Assembly (NCBI RefSeq): GCF_006345805.1
Contig: NC_043003.1
Location: 69,192,001-69,256,000, forward strand
Reading direction: 5' to 3'
Origin: Octopus sinensis
Taxonomy: Eukaryota
DNA length: 64,000 bases
A program made the translations under genes and the position numbers. The notes beneath the pieces were generated by a model. That model searched no databases. It worked only from the letters and a program-made list of their open reading frames with translations, and was not told the origin of the DNA. Within the stretch, counting starts at the first letter, position 1, and each line of letters begins with the position of its first letter. This document shows, piece after piece, positions 40,091 to 52,629 of the stretch.

Positions 40091-40426
40091 TGCGTGTGTA
40101 TGTGTTAGTGTTTGTGTGCCACACGCGCGCGCGCGCGGCTTAACAACCAGTGTTAGTTTGTTTACATCTCCGTAACTTAAGAGCTCCACAAAAACAAGTA
40201 GCAAGTGCCAGGTTTTCAAAAATAAGTACTGGAGTCGATTTGCTAACCTAAACCCTTTAAAGCGCAGCCCAATGACTAGAAAAAGCCAGAGATAAAACGC
40301 TAGTATTGGTCAGAATCTCTTCTGTTTTTCTTCTTTTTCTAAACAATTACAAGTTTCTAAATAAATACTTTGTTATATAGCGAAGGTGTATATGTGTGTA
40401 TGCGTATGTCTGACTGTACATTTGTG

Positions 40427-40463
<37 letters not shown>

Positions 40464-40690
40464 TTATATGTATACTCCATTCTGTATAATATATATATAT
40501 ATTATATATATATATAATATATATATATATTATATATATATTATATATATATATATAATATATATATATATACAATTATATACATATATATATATATTTT
40601 GTATACATGTGTGTATGTATATATGTGTGTCTATACGTGTGTGTGTGTCTGTTTGTAGCTATGTATATATGTATGTGGTGTATATGTGTT

Positions 40691-40731
<41 letters not shown>

Positions 40732-41043
40732 GAGCATTTGTTTGTGAGCGTGTGTTTTTCTATGCACTGAGTCATGTACGTATAGGTGTTTGATTTGCAT
40801 TATCTTCAATACTTATTTTACATTTTATTATACCATAGCAAAAAAGCTAGTCACGCACCAAGCTTCAAGGCTCTTCCCACTTGGCTTCACACCAGTTTTC
40901 GTAAATTAGATGCTGAAGCGGTAACGCATTATATGCATCTTGCTGCAAGTATGTGTATGTCTTGGGGTTTTTTCTATAGCCGTTTGCTTGCATAGATGTA
41001 TTTATATGTATGCGTCTATGTATGCGTATATATATCTTTCAAT

Positions 41044-41090
<47 letters not shown>

Positions 41091-41835
41091 TATATATATA
41101 TATTACTTTGTGCGTGTGTATAGGTATATAAAGGTGTGATTGTATGTGTTTACATGTTTCTAGCTTATAAGTGCCCGTTTGTGTGTGTTCGCTTCAATTC
41201 CATTCAATTAATTTTTCTAATAAACAAAGAACAGATGTCTGAATACGGTTGCATTAAAATACATGTATATATAAATTATATACACAGATTGAAAAAATAA
41301 GTGCCGGTGTCGATTCATTCGACTAAAAATTCTTCAAGATGGCACCTCAACATGGCCGCAGTCAAATGACTGAAACAAGTATAAGCTAAATGATTGAATG
41401 ATTATAAAGTCAGTGTTTACTTCAGTACATGTCATTTTCAAAACTTAATAGAATCAACAGACAGAATTTTGTTTGTTTGTTTTATGATGAACAACTTTTT
41501 TTCAAATTGATGTCCGTTTTGGACAAGGTACTGCTAATAACACGAAGTAATAGAATCGCAAACATCAAGAAATATTTCGTCTCGTATTTGTGCGCATTCT
41601 TGATTATTGACTGCCCTCAAATCTTCGACTGTTGCCGATTTTGTACCGTAAACTTTATCGTTTAAGTATTCCCATGAAACAAAAAGTGTAGCGATGTTTG
41701 GGGCGGTGAATGCGAAAAGTATTCTAATGAATCTCTTTGTCCAATCCAGCTGCTTGGAAAAATATCATCAAGGTTGGTCCTTACTTAACTATGGTAGTAT
41801 GGGGGTGCCCCATTTTGCTAGAAATAAAACTCTAC

Positions 41836-41930
41836 GAGCATATGGCGTAGTGGCTAAGAGCGCGGGCTAATAACCCCAAGATTCCGAGTTCGATTCCAAG
41901 CAGTGACCTGAATAATAATAATAATAATAA

Positions 41931-41961
<31 letters not shown>

Positions 41962-42169
41962 AAGAAGAAGAAGAAGAAGAAGAAGAAGAAGAAGAAGAAG
42001 AAGAAGAAGAAGAAGAATATCGAAAAATACCTTAGGAATGAGAACCCATGTTCGAAATTTCCCCAAGACACCTGATGAAGGCTGGAGGGTATATCAGCCG
42101 AAAAGTTGTGTTAACAACAAACAACATGAGAACAAATATCCGTCAAATGTAAATAATGTAAATAATGTA
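41836..42169 (+). mobile_element. tRNA-headed SINE-like element carrying a hammerhead motif
   Basis: A-box TGGCGTAGTGG (41843-53), B-box GTTCGATTCC (41888-97), (AAT)n(AAG)n tract, hammerhead core at 42072, TGTAAATAA x2 tail. Confidence 0.75.
42067..42112 (+). ncRNA. Minimal type I hammerhead ribozyme motif (one deviation in stem III)
   Basis: GACAC-CTGATGA-A-GGCTG[GAGGGTATAT]CAGCC-GAAA-A-GTT-GTGTT; stem I ACAC/GTGT; A42104 where C is expected. Confidence 0.7.
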
Positions 42170-42179
42170 TGAAACTCTA

Positions 42180-42800
42180 CTTCTTCAAAGTCCTCCAGAA
42201 TTGCATGACAAATAGTCGCCGCAAATTCGTGTAAATAGGGCCAGTCACAGTAATGACAAAACTGGATGATCCAGTTAATCCTTTTGACGATAAGCTGTAT
42301 CAAACTATAACACTCGATCAATTAGCATGATCTTCCTCCGTAATATGCAGATTCTCTGGTCTCTGAGGAAGTTGGCTCACTTAATCTAAATGGAGCCTCA
42401 TTACCCCAAATACTACACATCTTATTATATAACACTCGCAAACTCCACTTTTCGATTTGGACCATCTTCATTGACAGTAGGGACTGTTGTTAGAATGTGA
42501 CTTTTCCAACGACAACTCTTCGGAATGCGATGAACGCTTAATTTTCAAATTCTTCTGACACGACTCGCTTGCGACAGTTTTCTTGAACTCCGGCAATATG
42601 TTTTCTTACTTTGTGGAGCTCTTCGATGTCCGCGGTCTTCCGGAACGTTACTTGAGAACATTCTGAACATTTCCATCCACGTCAAGCTTGTTTGAGTTGA
42701 TGGTGTGTCGCGTTAGTGTAAATTTTTGAAACTCCTCCTAAAATTGTCTTTGGACTTAGACTGCATTTTCAAACTTCCGGTAGCACTTTAGGACATATTT
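42180..42800 (-). pseudogene. Heavily decayed Tc1/mariner-family transposase
   Basis: RSGRPRT; GNEAPFRLS (compare SDEAHF); GLTGSSSFVITVTGPIY (compare GIIGPFFFE.TVTG..Y); many stops. Confidence 0.55.
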
Positions 42801-42913
42801 ATTCCGTTCAAAGCTTAGTTACTTAATTATTTCTGAACGTTTAAATATAAAAATAAATTAAAATTGAGTTATCAGCTGTTAAAGTGTCTATACATTTTCT
42901 AGAGGATATATAC

Positions 42914-42954
<41 letters not shown>

Positions 42955-42956
<2 letters not shown>

Positions 42957-43150
42957 ATTCGCCATGACAGATCGCTAGCCACTACACATTCTTTATTTTC
43001 TTTCCTTGTTTCTTTCTGTGTTCTTTTCTGTGGAAGAGCGTAGGCTCGAAACTTTAAAGACTTTTTCACTTCCCTAGCGTTATACTAATACATTTGTCTG
43101 TTGTCTGCACCACCAGTCTTCGTCTTTTGTTTTTGTGAATTCTCCCTATA
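42955..43150 (+). mobile_element. ~195-bp mini-element between (TA)n tracts with a degenerate hammerhead (Penelope pLTR-like)
   Basis: (TA)n on both sides; TTT-CTGTGGA-A-GAGC[GTAG]GCTC-GAAAC-TTT-AAA at 43025-43058. Confidence 0.55.
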
Positions 43151-43219
43151 TATATATACCGTATGGCGTGGTTTTCTACCAAGTACGAGTATGAGTATAC
43201 CATTCAATCAGTTAAGAGA

Positions 43220-43560
43220 GTAATATTATCCCAATAAAAGCCACAAAAATCCTTGTGAAATACAGATATCCAGGAGAGAGACCAAGCCTTTATATTGGAT
43301 CATTGGAGGAAAATTTTAATCTAGATACAATTACCATCTTTCAGCCTTAAAACACCCAGAGAAGAGGCATGCAACAACCCTCACGGTATTAATTTGAAAA
43401 CCTAAGGACGAGAAGGTCAACTATAACATCAGATGGAATATCCTTTCTAAGATCAAACCCTGTATCAAAAGGTCAAAAGATTATCCATATGCTCGCTTAA
43501 AAAATGTATCTTTGAAAAAACTTAAGAATCTCCAGTAACTGTTTAATAACCAGGAGCAAA
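43220..43560 (+). pseudogene. Penelope-like element GIY-YIG endonuclease fragment
   Basis: LYIGSLEENF, frameshift, SRYNYHLSALKHPEKRHATTLTVLI*KPKDEKVNYNIRWNILSKIKPC; matches the PLE pattern YIG..F..RY.NH....H..K...T.LS..IW.LK....Y.I.W.IL. Confidence 0.75.
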
Positions 43561-44184
43561 ATTTTTTTCTTTGTATCTGTATTTTAATCAATATATCAAA
43601 GCGGAAATTAAGGATCAAGTATCGGACACATCATAGACCATTCCAGTGTTGGTTTATGTGATTTTGATATCCGGAAGGCACTGATTATATTTACTCTGAA
43701 GTTAATTATCAGACTTTAAAAAAACGAAGAGCACTGGGGTCGTTTTTTTCCGACTTGACCCTTCAGGGTGGTGCTCCAGGATGACGGAAACATTATTAGG
43801 TAGAAGATGCCATTTTATTATTGATTTACTTCAATTTTTCTTTATAAATAGCTAAGATTTATTTCGCTAATTTATTTTCACTAATTTGTCAATTATTTCT
43901 AATCGGAAAAATACCGTCTGGAGGTCGAAGTCCTAAGAGACGTAACGGATGAATGGATAAGATTCTGGTCTCAATAGTCATTGATTTTGAGTTGGTTAGC
44001 AACCACAGTATGTTGACTCGCCAAGAACTAAACGCATGCACTCACACACAGACGCACACACTCGTACACATATACATATACACAAATACACACACGTACA
44101 CACTCGTACACATATAGTGATGCATAAGTGCATATACGGAGACACACACATACAAATGACTGTGAAATCTGTTGCTTTTGACGA

Positions 44185-44320
44185 TGGCTTTTTCCAGTTT
44201 TGCGGAGAAAATCGAGTGTGTGAGGTTCAATAACATCTGAAGAATCGATGGCTACTGGCACAAATTGATAGCGGTCGGTCAGGTTCGCGGCAACGCCTTT
44301 GCAATCATGTCTGCAAGGCA
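44185..44320 (-). pseudogene. CRE-clade LINE endonuclease C-terminal fragment
   Basis: KGVAANLTDRYQFVPVAIDSSDVIEPHTLDFLRKTGK; homologous to 51748-51950. Confidence 0.65.
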
Positions 44321-44644
44321 CAACTAAACACACCATTTGTTCCAGGATGTACAACCCGTTACACCCTACTCCTTCGCCCATCTTCAGCTGCGTAATCCTA
44401 CCCACTTTTTTTTTCTTCTTTTACTTTCTTGGTGGGGTGGTTATGGATTTTTTCTCAATACTTTAATCTTTTATACTTTAATGGGGTTTTTTTTCTTTTC
44501 TTTTCTTGCTATAAAAATATGTTATTAATAAAAAGAAAAGATGCTGAAATATTCTTTAAAAATTGCTCCTTTCACCCCCACCCTCCCACTCAAAAACACA
44601 CACACACAAGCACAGTCACGTTTAATTTATCCTGAAAATAATGG

Positions 44645-44830
44645 TTTCAAACTTTGGTACAGGTTTTTGAGGGGAGGGGATAAGTACTTGATTGCACTTA
44701 TTTTATCCACCCCGAAAGGATAAAAGATAAAGCTGATCCCGATAGAATTTGAGCTCAGAGTGTGAAGATAGAAGAAGTGCCGCTAAACATTTTGTCCAGC
44801 GTGCTAACGGTTCTGCAAGGTCACCACCTT
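44645..44830 (-). mobile_element. Family A SINE
   Basis: Reverse complement of SINE A blocks. Confidence 0.7.
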
Positions 44831-45177
44831 TGTATATCTTGAAAATAATGATATTCAGACGTATTATATAACAACTCTGGCTTTTGGAATTACAGGCCTC
44901 GGCATAATTTTCTGTCTGCCAAAATTTCAATCTGAAAACTTGATTCATCACGAGGCTATGGGAAGCACTCTTGTGGAATAGAAACCGACCGCACACGATT
45001 ACAAAAAGAACTACTTATGCTCTCGGCTACTCACATTCCAGCTGTGTGTAGTGGCTGAATTTCAGTCATTGGATTCCGACCATGCTGGAGCACACCTTGA
45101 AAGGTTTTACCGAAGTAATCGATCCCAGTGCTAACTTTTAGATAGATAGACAGACAGACAGACAGACATACAGATAG

Positions 45178-45254
<77 letters not shown>

Positions 45255-45255
<1 letters not shown>

Positions 45256-45464
45256 AGTTAATCCAAACAAGAAAATACAAAAAAAACACAACAACGCGAG
45301 GACGTGGAATATATTTAGTATTATTGGACGCTCAGGAGAGAAGAGAAGAAGGAGGGTTTAACGTTTCGAGCGGAGCTCTTCGTCGGAAACATAGGAGAAG
45401 GAAAGATCCAGAGAAGGGAAGACAGATGGAAAAAAATCGCCAACGGTACACACGAGGTCACATT

Positions 45465-45468
<4 letters not shown>
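45255..45468 (-). mobile_element. ~210-bp mini-element inserted in a (GATA)n tract, carrying a hammerhead motif
   Basis: (GATA)n at 45140-45253 and 45466-45540 on both sides; hammerhead at 45356-45390. Confidence 0.65.
45356..45390 (-). ncRNA. Minimal type I hammerhead ribozyme motif (U4C variant)
   Basis: Minus strand GTTT-CCGACGA-A-GAGC[TCC]GCTC-GAAAC-GTT-AAAC; stem I GTTT/AAAC; palindromic AACGTT stem III. Confidence 0.7.
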
Positions 45469-45540
<72 letters not shown>

Positions 45541-45619
45541 AACAGATGTAGACAGACAGGCAAACAGACAAACGGACGGACGGACGGACAGACGATGGAT
45601 GGATAGACGATGGGTTTCC

Positions 45620-45775
45620 ACAGTTTCTGTCTAACAAATTTAATCACAGAGCATTGGTCAGCCCGGGGCTATATAAGAAGACACTCGCTTCAGGTGATGC
45701 ACAGTAAGACTGAACCCGAAATCATAGGGTTGCAAAGCAAGGCTCCTAACCACACAGCCATGCTTGTGCCTATGT
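45620..45775 (-). mobile_element. Family B SINE head
   Basis: TTTCCACAGTTTCTGTCT..AAGACACT..GACTGAACCCGAAA..CCACACAGCCA. Confidence 0.7.
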
Positions 45776-46257
45776 AAAATCCTATAATATTGATTTCTGA
45801 CACAAGCACAAAAGCTGACACATTTGATAGCAAGTTGGGGGGGGGGGGGATAATCGATTGTATGGATCCTCAATATTTGACTGATGGGGATTTTACTGTA
45901 TCGAATCCCAGTAAGAAGGGCAAACAGAATCGACTGCCGATAGGATTTGAACTCAGAACGTAAAACAACATATAAGATTATATTGATAGATGAAGGATTT
46001 ATTACAAACTATACGGTGAAATAACGTGTATTGAGTGCATTTGATCAGTAAATGAAACGACAGTGCTTTTCATGTGTGTGGATATGTGTGTTTGTGTGTG
46101 TACGTGTGTGTGTGTTTTTTTGTGTGTGTTATGTGTGTTTGTGTGTGTATTATGTGTTTGTGTGTGTGTTTGAGTGTGTAGGGGTGAACAGTAAATTCCA
46201 CCAGGTGAATTTCACGATAGGTATAGTTCACCATGGCAAATTCCACCATAGGTGAAA

Positions 46258-46573
46258 TTATTATTATTATTACTATTATCATCATCATCATTATTATTAT
46301 TGTTATTATTATTATTATTATTATCATTATTATTATTATCATCATCATCATCATCATTGTTATTGTTATTATTATCATCATCATTATTATTATTATCATC
46401 ATCATCATCATTGTTATTGTTATTATTATCATCATCATTATTATTATTATCATTATCATTATTGTTGTTATCATCATTATTATTGTTTTGTTGTTGTGGT
46501 TGTGTTGGTGTTGTTGTTGTTGTTGTGCTGCTGTTGTTGTTGTTGTTGTTGTGTTGTTGTTGTTGGTGTTGTT

Positions 46574-46632
<59 letters not shown>
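46258..46632. repeat. (ATT/ATC)n then (GTT)n trinucleotide tract
   Basis: Directly visible. Confidence 0.95.
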
Positions 46633-46934
46633 ACTATATGGCTTACGATATTATGGAAATAAAAAAGGAATGCACAAAAAATAATATCAATAATGTGAAT
46701 GAATACAAAAGAAATACAAGGGAGAAAAAATAATTAAGGCACAGTCACACGAAGAAATACAGAGTGTGCTAAAATTTGATCTTTTCTTTCTTTATCCCAA
46801 ATTACATTATTTTTGAAATTTTGTGATGAATCTTTTTCATAGATTCTTGCTCGATGGGAAAACATTAAAGTGATCCCATCTCAATTCAAGTAGATTATAA
46901 AGATTAAAAGATTATTTTCTATCTAACCTTCAGA

Positions 46935-46983
<49 letters not shown>

Positions 46984-47110
46984 TCTCTCTCTCTCTCCCT
47001 AAGACTTGAGAGATAGACAGATTAACTAATATAGGTATTGACCCACGGTCTAGAGAAACTGACCACGGAGATTATTAGCGGGAGCAGCTTATATTGGAAG
47101 TCTATCCATG

Positions 47111-47205
47111 GGTGGAATTCACCATGATGGAATTTACCGTGGTGGAATTTACCTGGTGGAATTTTCCGTGGCGGAATATACCGCGGTGGAATGTACCTAG
47201 AACCG
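47111..47205. repeat. 14-15-bp tandem repeat x6 (GGTGGAATTTACCGT)
   Basis: Six adjacent units; inverted partial copies at 46191-46258. Confidence 0.85.
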
Positions 47206-47939
47206 TGTGTGTTGTGTGTGTTGGTTTCTAATTTTGGTACAAAGTCAGCAAACTCGTACGTAGCTAGTTCTTATTTCATCGTACCCGAAAGGATAAAAGG
47301 CAAAGTCGACCTTGGCGGAGTTTGAACCTAGAACGTAATCACGCACGAAATACCGTCATGCGTGCTAACAACTCCGCTAGTTCGCCTTATATATGTATCA
47401 GTGTGTGTGCGGGTGCGTGTGTGTGTGTGTGTGCGTGTCTGTGTGTGTGCGTTTGTGTATAAAGAGGAACAAGTAAAATGGCGAGTAAAAAATAAATAAT
47501 ACAAAAAAAATAAGCAAAATATGCAAAAAAATAATCAAATTAAACATAACAACAACAATAACAAAATTTATAGCCGTTTGAGCATTTAAAACTTCAGTGG
47601 TATAAATTATTCGACATGTCCATCTTTGAAATATTAAATCTGTGTAGTGTATTGGTCGCAAAGTAGTGTAGTGGGATCGATAAATCTTGTCGATTGTTGC
47701 CAAATAAAATAATATGGAAAATATGGCAAAATAAACAAATGAGATTACAACAAAAATAAAATATAAAACATGAGATAAAAAAGAAAGATAGAGGCGAAAC
47801 GCATCAAAAGTTATTTCCTCTGAGAGAGATTGTGTAATTATACGCTTGTATTGAATGTTAGGCTAGCAACATGATGTAAGTAGGTTTCTGGGGGGCATCG
47901 GTCTATCGATCTATTTATTTGTGTATGCTGCTTATATAT

Positions 47940-47961
47940 TATACACATACACACATGTGCG

Positions 47962-48006
<45 letters not shown>

Positions 48007-48407
48007 ACACATGTTCACTTCCACGCGGGGCTTATATACACACACACACACACACACATACAAACACACACACACAAAACACACACACACGCACACAAAC
48101 ACACACAGATATACACACACAAACGCACGCACACGCAAGCACACACATACACAAACACACAAACAAACACACAACACACACTCACACAAACACACGCACG
48201 CACAAAAACACACACAAACACACAAACACAAACACACACACAATAGCAAACGGATACAAACACACACACACAACACACAAGCACACACACACGCAAGCAA
48301 GCACACACACACACGCAAGTACACACACACGCAAGCACACAAACATATACACACACACAATACACACACAACACACACACACACAAACACACACAACACA
48401 CACACAC

Positions 48408-48440
<33 letters not shown>

Positions 48441-48490
48441 CACACACAACACACACACACAACACACACACACACACACACACAAACAGA
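47940..48490. repeat. Long degenerate (CA)n tract
   Basis: Directly visible; source of several spurious 170-220 aa ORFs. Confidence 0.95.
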
Positions 48491-48588
48491 GGTACAGTAA
48501 ATACAAGCAACGCTCATTTGCATTCATTTATGTCTGAAAACAATCTTAAAACATACGCATGCATATACATATAGACAGGCATGCATAT

Positions 48589-48626
<38 letters not shown>

Positions 48627-48870
48627 AGAGAGAGAGGGGGGGGAGATATGTATGTTATATATATATACATACATATAAACACACACTCACGCACATGTGC
48701 ATATACGTATGTGCATGTTGATGTTGACAAACATATACACATATACACTCATATATATATGTACGTATATCCGCACACAATACATAAATACATAAATAGA
48801 TTTATCTCAGTAAATACATATATATGAATGTATACACACATACACATATACCAATATACATTTATATATA

Positions 48871-49220
48871 AACTAGCAGTATCGCCCGGCGTTGCTCAGG
48901 TTTGTAAGGGAAATAACTATAAAGCATTTTTAGAGAGTTATAGCCAAAAAATAGCTATGAAAAAAGGTGGAGTTGCGTCCCCTAGACAGTTTGCGGTTTG
49001 TGTTTCTGATTCTCGACCCCATGTCGAATTTATCGATTTTTTTTCAGAACTGGGGGAACTTTTCAAAATTTTCGCTACGTTAGTTTTGAATTATGACATT
49101 GGGCTATGTGTGTGTCAAGTTTCATCAGAATCGGTTGAAAGCCGTGGTCAGGGTGAGGGTACAAGCAAACAGACACACAGAAACACGCACAGACAAACTG
49201 CCGTTTATATAGAGAGAGAT
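48871..49220 (+). mobile_element. DINE-1/HINE-like element
   Basis: AACTAGCAGTATCGCCCGGCGTTGCTCAGG start; GTCAAGTTTCATCAGAATCGGTTG; (GACA/CA) tract; TTTATATAGAGAGAGAT end. Confidence 0.7.
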
Positions 49221-49404
49221 ACCTACACCTATAAGCATGTGTATGTTACAGTGTATGTTTGTGTGTGTATGTATGTATGTATGTATGTATGTATGTATGT
49301 ATGTATGTATGTATGTATGTATGTATGTATGATTTGTATGTGTGTGTATGTATATATGTATGTGTGTGTATGTATGTATGTATGTAAGCATGTATGTATG
49401 TATG

Positions 49405-49435
<31 letters not shown>

Positions 49436-49480
49436 GCATGTATGTATGTATGTATGTATGTATGTATGTATTAAGCATGT

Positions 49481-49915
49481 AGGCGCAGGAGTGGCTGAGT
49501 GGTAAGAAGCTTGCTTCCCAACCACATGGTTCCGTGTTCAGTCCCACTGCGTAGCACCCTGGGCATCTTGTTCTTGTTATTTCGACCCCTTGGGCAAAAG
49601 CCTTGTGAATTTGGTAAACGGAAACTAAAAGAAGCCCATCGTACATATATGTATGTATACATATGTATATATATATATGAGTGTGTATGTGTGTATGCAT
49701 GTTCGTATGTATATGTTTGTATGTCTGTATTTGTCCTCCCAACATTGCTTCACAACCGATGTTGGTGTGTTCACGCCCCGAAACCTAGCGGTTCAGCAAA
49801 AGAGAACGATAGAATAAGTGCTGGTCTTACAAAGAATAAGTCCTAGGGTCGACTTCTTCGACAAAAGGCGGTGCTTCAGCATGGCCGCATTCAAAATGAC
49901 TGAAACAAGTAAATG
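49481..49915 (+). mobile_element. Full-length family B SINE
   Basis: AGGCGCAGGAGTGGCTGAGTGGTAAG head, GTTCAGTCCC B-box-like motif, internal microsatellite, tail CAGCATGGCCGC..ATGACTGAAACAAGT. Confidence 0.9.
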
Positions 49916-50082
49916 AGTATGTATGTATGTATGTATGCATGATATATGTGTATGTATGTATTATGTATGCATGTATTATGTATGTGTGTGTATGTATTAT
50001 ATATGTATGTTATGTATGTATTATATATGTATGTGTATGTATGTACTATGTATACATATATATATAATGTGTGTGTGTGCTG

Positions 50083-50129
<47 letters not shown>

Positions 50130-50984
50130 ATATTATGTATGTAAGTATAAACATGCCGTACCTGTAATGTGGAACTCTTAGAAATTCAGGACAGTCTGAA
50201 AAACTGATGGAATGTGTTAATTAGAAAGGAAGAATAAGGAGAAAAACTGCAACAGCGGAACAGGTAAATGGTCTAAAAAGCACGCACGCGCACACACACA
50301 CACACACACACATATCAGATACTGTCTTCTGGGAGAGAATTCAAAATAAGTGAAGTCTTGTAGAAATAATTCTGCAATAGACATGAGCATCACATCTAAA
50401 GTGGACGATGAGAAAATGTCTACAGAGAAATAATGAGCAACTTTTAGACACTACACAGTTTATGTTGTCGGGTTTCCAATTGTAGCAACGGTCACTGGAC
50501 CGATTTGTTATGTGATAAAAATGGTTCAAAGCTATGAGATTTCACCTTTACAAACGTCTCCTTCAAACAGTTGATTAACTGACTTCAGTTACAGTCTGTC
50601 TGTCATGAGGAAATGTCTAAAATATGTAAAACATTCCGGATTCTGCTATAGATCAGTTGGAATTCGTATCTATTCCACCCCAACGAATTTTATCGTTTAA
50701 TGAGTTAAGTTTGTATTAATGAAAATTGAAAAATATCACTGAAGAGACAATACGTACAAATATATTGCGTTGACAGATAAATTCGTTCGTTTCTTTCCGA
50801 TGTTGTTTGAATTTATACCAGAAATACTTTTTATGGGGGTTTGTAGCTCTATTCTTTCTCTGCAACTTTCGTTTACTGTTTTTGAAATTTGAATAAATTT
50901 TATCTCTTGGCAGACATTGATGATGGAATGCCAAGCAGAAAAATAATAAGCATTTTCAAAACCTGCTTCTCTTCGCTTTCAATC

Positions 50985-51550
50985 AAAGTTCCAAAACTTT
51001 CAAAGCCGCCTCAAGACATTTGTGCTGTATATGGAGAAAGTGTTATTTCGATAAAAAAAAAAAGAGCTCTACAGAAATAGAAATTCAGCCTCACAAACTC
51101 TGCGGTTCGACCAGTCTGTTCAGTTGTGTGAAGATCGATTGAACCAACTCATCCACGAGGATCCACATCACTCCATTGGGGAATTAAAACGGCGATATGA
51201 TACTCTCATGATACCTTGTCACCTTCACTCGATGGCTAAGGTGCAAATGACCTTACCGGTGACACAGTGAGATTCTCCCCGTCGTAAATGCTATTCAGTA
51301 TCTGGATTGGGAAGGTCTACCGCACCCACCGTATTCTCTTTATATTAGGCCTTCGGGTTATCATCTTTTTGCAACGACTTTCTATCAGTCTGTGAAGTGT
51401 TTCGTTTAACAATGATATGGAACTGAAAAGATGGCTCGATGAATTCTTCCAATCAAGACTCTGTGGTTTCTAGAGTCAAGGAATTGATAAGCTAGTGGAG
51501 CATTGGCAAGAAGTTGTGAACAGTGAAGGAGGTTATATTATTGATTGATT
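50985..51550 (+). pseudogene. Internally deleted mariner transposase remnant
   Basis: DICAVYGESVI; EDRLNQLIHEDP; DWEGLPHPPYS..PSGYHLF (compare WEVLPHPPYSPDLAPSDYHLF); ELKRWLDEFF..GIDKLVEHWQEVVNSEGGYII. Confidence 0.85.
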
Positions 51551-51747
51551 TGTTAACTTTTTTATAATGTTGACAAAATTATTAACATATTTTTTACGGG
51601 AAGAAAAGAAAAAAAAACATTAAAAGTATAAAAGATGATAAAAAACACCGCTACCTCATCAAAGAACCAAAGAAAAAGAAAATGGTGAGGATTAAGCCGC
51701 AGAAAATGGGGGAAAGGGGGAGTAACGGGTTGCATACCTCGGAGTGC

Positions 51748-51950
51748 TTAGCTGTGCCTCGCTGACATGATTACAAAAATATTGCCGTGGAGAATGGCCA
51801 GCGACACTCGATTCAGCAGCCACCCTACCTTATGGTACTCATTTCTCAGACGGGCCGCCGCTTTCCCGATCTTACTGAGGAAATCAGCAGTGTGGGGTCC
51901 TTGAAGACCAGCGTTCTCGATGGTGACCGGCACAAACTGATAGCGCCGGT
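51748..51950 (-). pseudogene. CRE-clade LINE C-terminal fragment
   Basis: RYQFVPVTIENAG..GPHTADFLSKIGK..LLNRVSLAILHGN, typical of CRE RLE termini (FVP.A.ET.G..G....F...G.....QRLSVAIQRGN). Confidence 0.75.
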
Positions 51951-52629
51951 CGGGTTTCTGTACTTGTTTATCATTCTTTCCTTTACATCACGGGCAAGGT
52001 TCGGGTCAGCTGCTTAATCCACCCCCCTTTTTTTTTTCTTTTTCTCTGTCTCCTTAGTAAGATAGTTACGGGTGTTTTTTTTTTTTTTTTTTCGATAATT
52101 TGTTAAAATAGTTATGAAAAATAAGAATTAAAATAAATTGGAGAAAAAAAACGAACGAATTTGTTGACTACCCAATATTATCGCTTTAGTTTAATCAAAA
52201 AAAATTATTTAGAGTTTTGGTTACATGCATAGATTTACATACATTAGCATCTTTATGTATAACATATGAGAAAAAAACAAAGTCCAAAGATACTGGTGGT
52301 CAACATCAGCAAACATTTTACAGCAAACTTCATGAATTTGCATAAGCTTGTATGATATGAGGGGGGAGGGAGGAATCTACAAAACTGCCTTCGTTATCTG
52401 ACAGAAGAATGGCTTAGAACACACACACACACGTATACTTCTGTATGTGTGCATGTGTATTTATGCGAGAGTTTTGTCTGTGTATTATCTGTGTGTGTAT
52501 GCATGTTTGTGTACAAGTATGAGAGCATGCTATAAAGCAAGATGCGAGACGCTCCACATGTCAAGTCGATTTTTAGCGTTCAATTCCCGAGTGTTCTCGT
52601 TTCACTTCTCATACATTGTTAATACCTTC

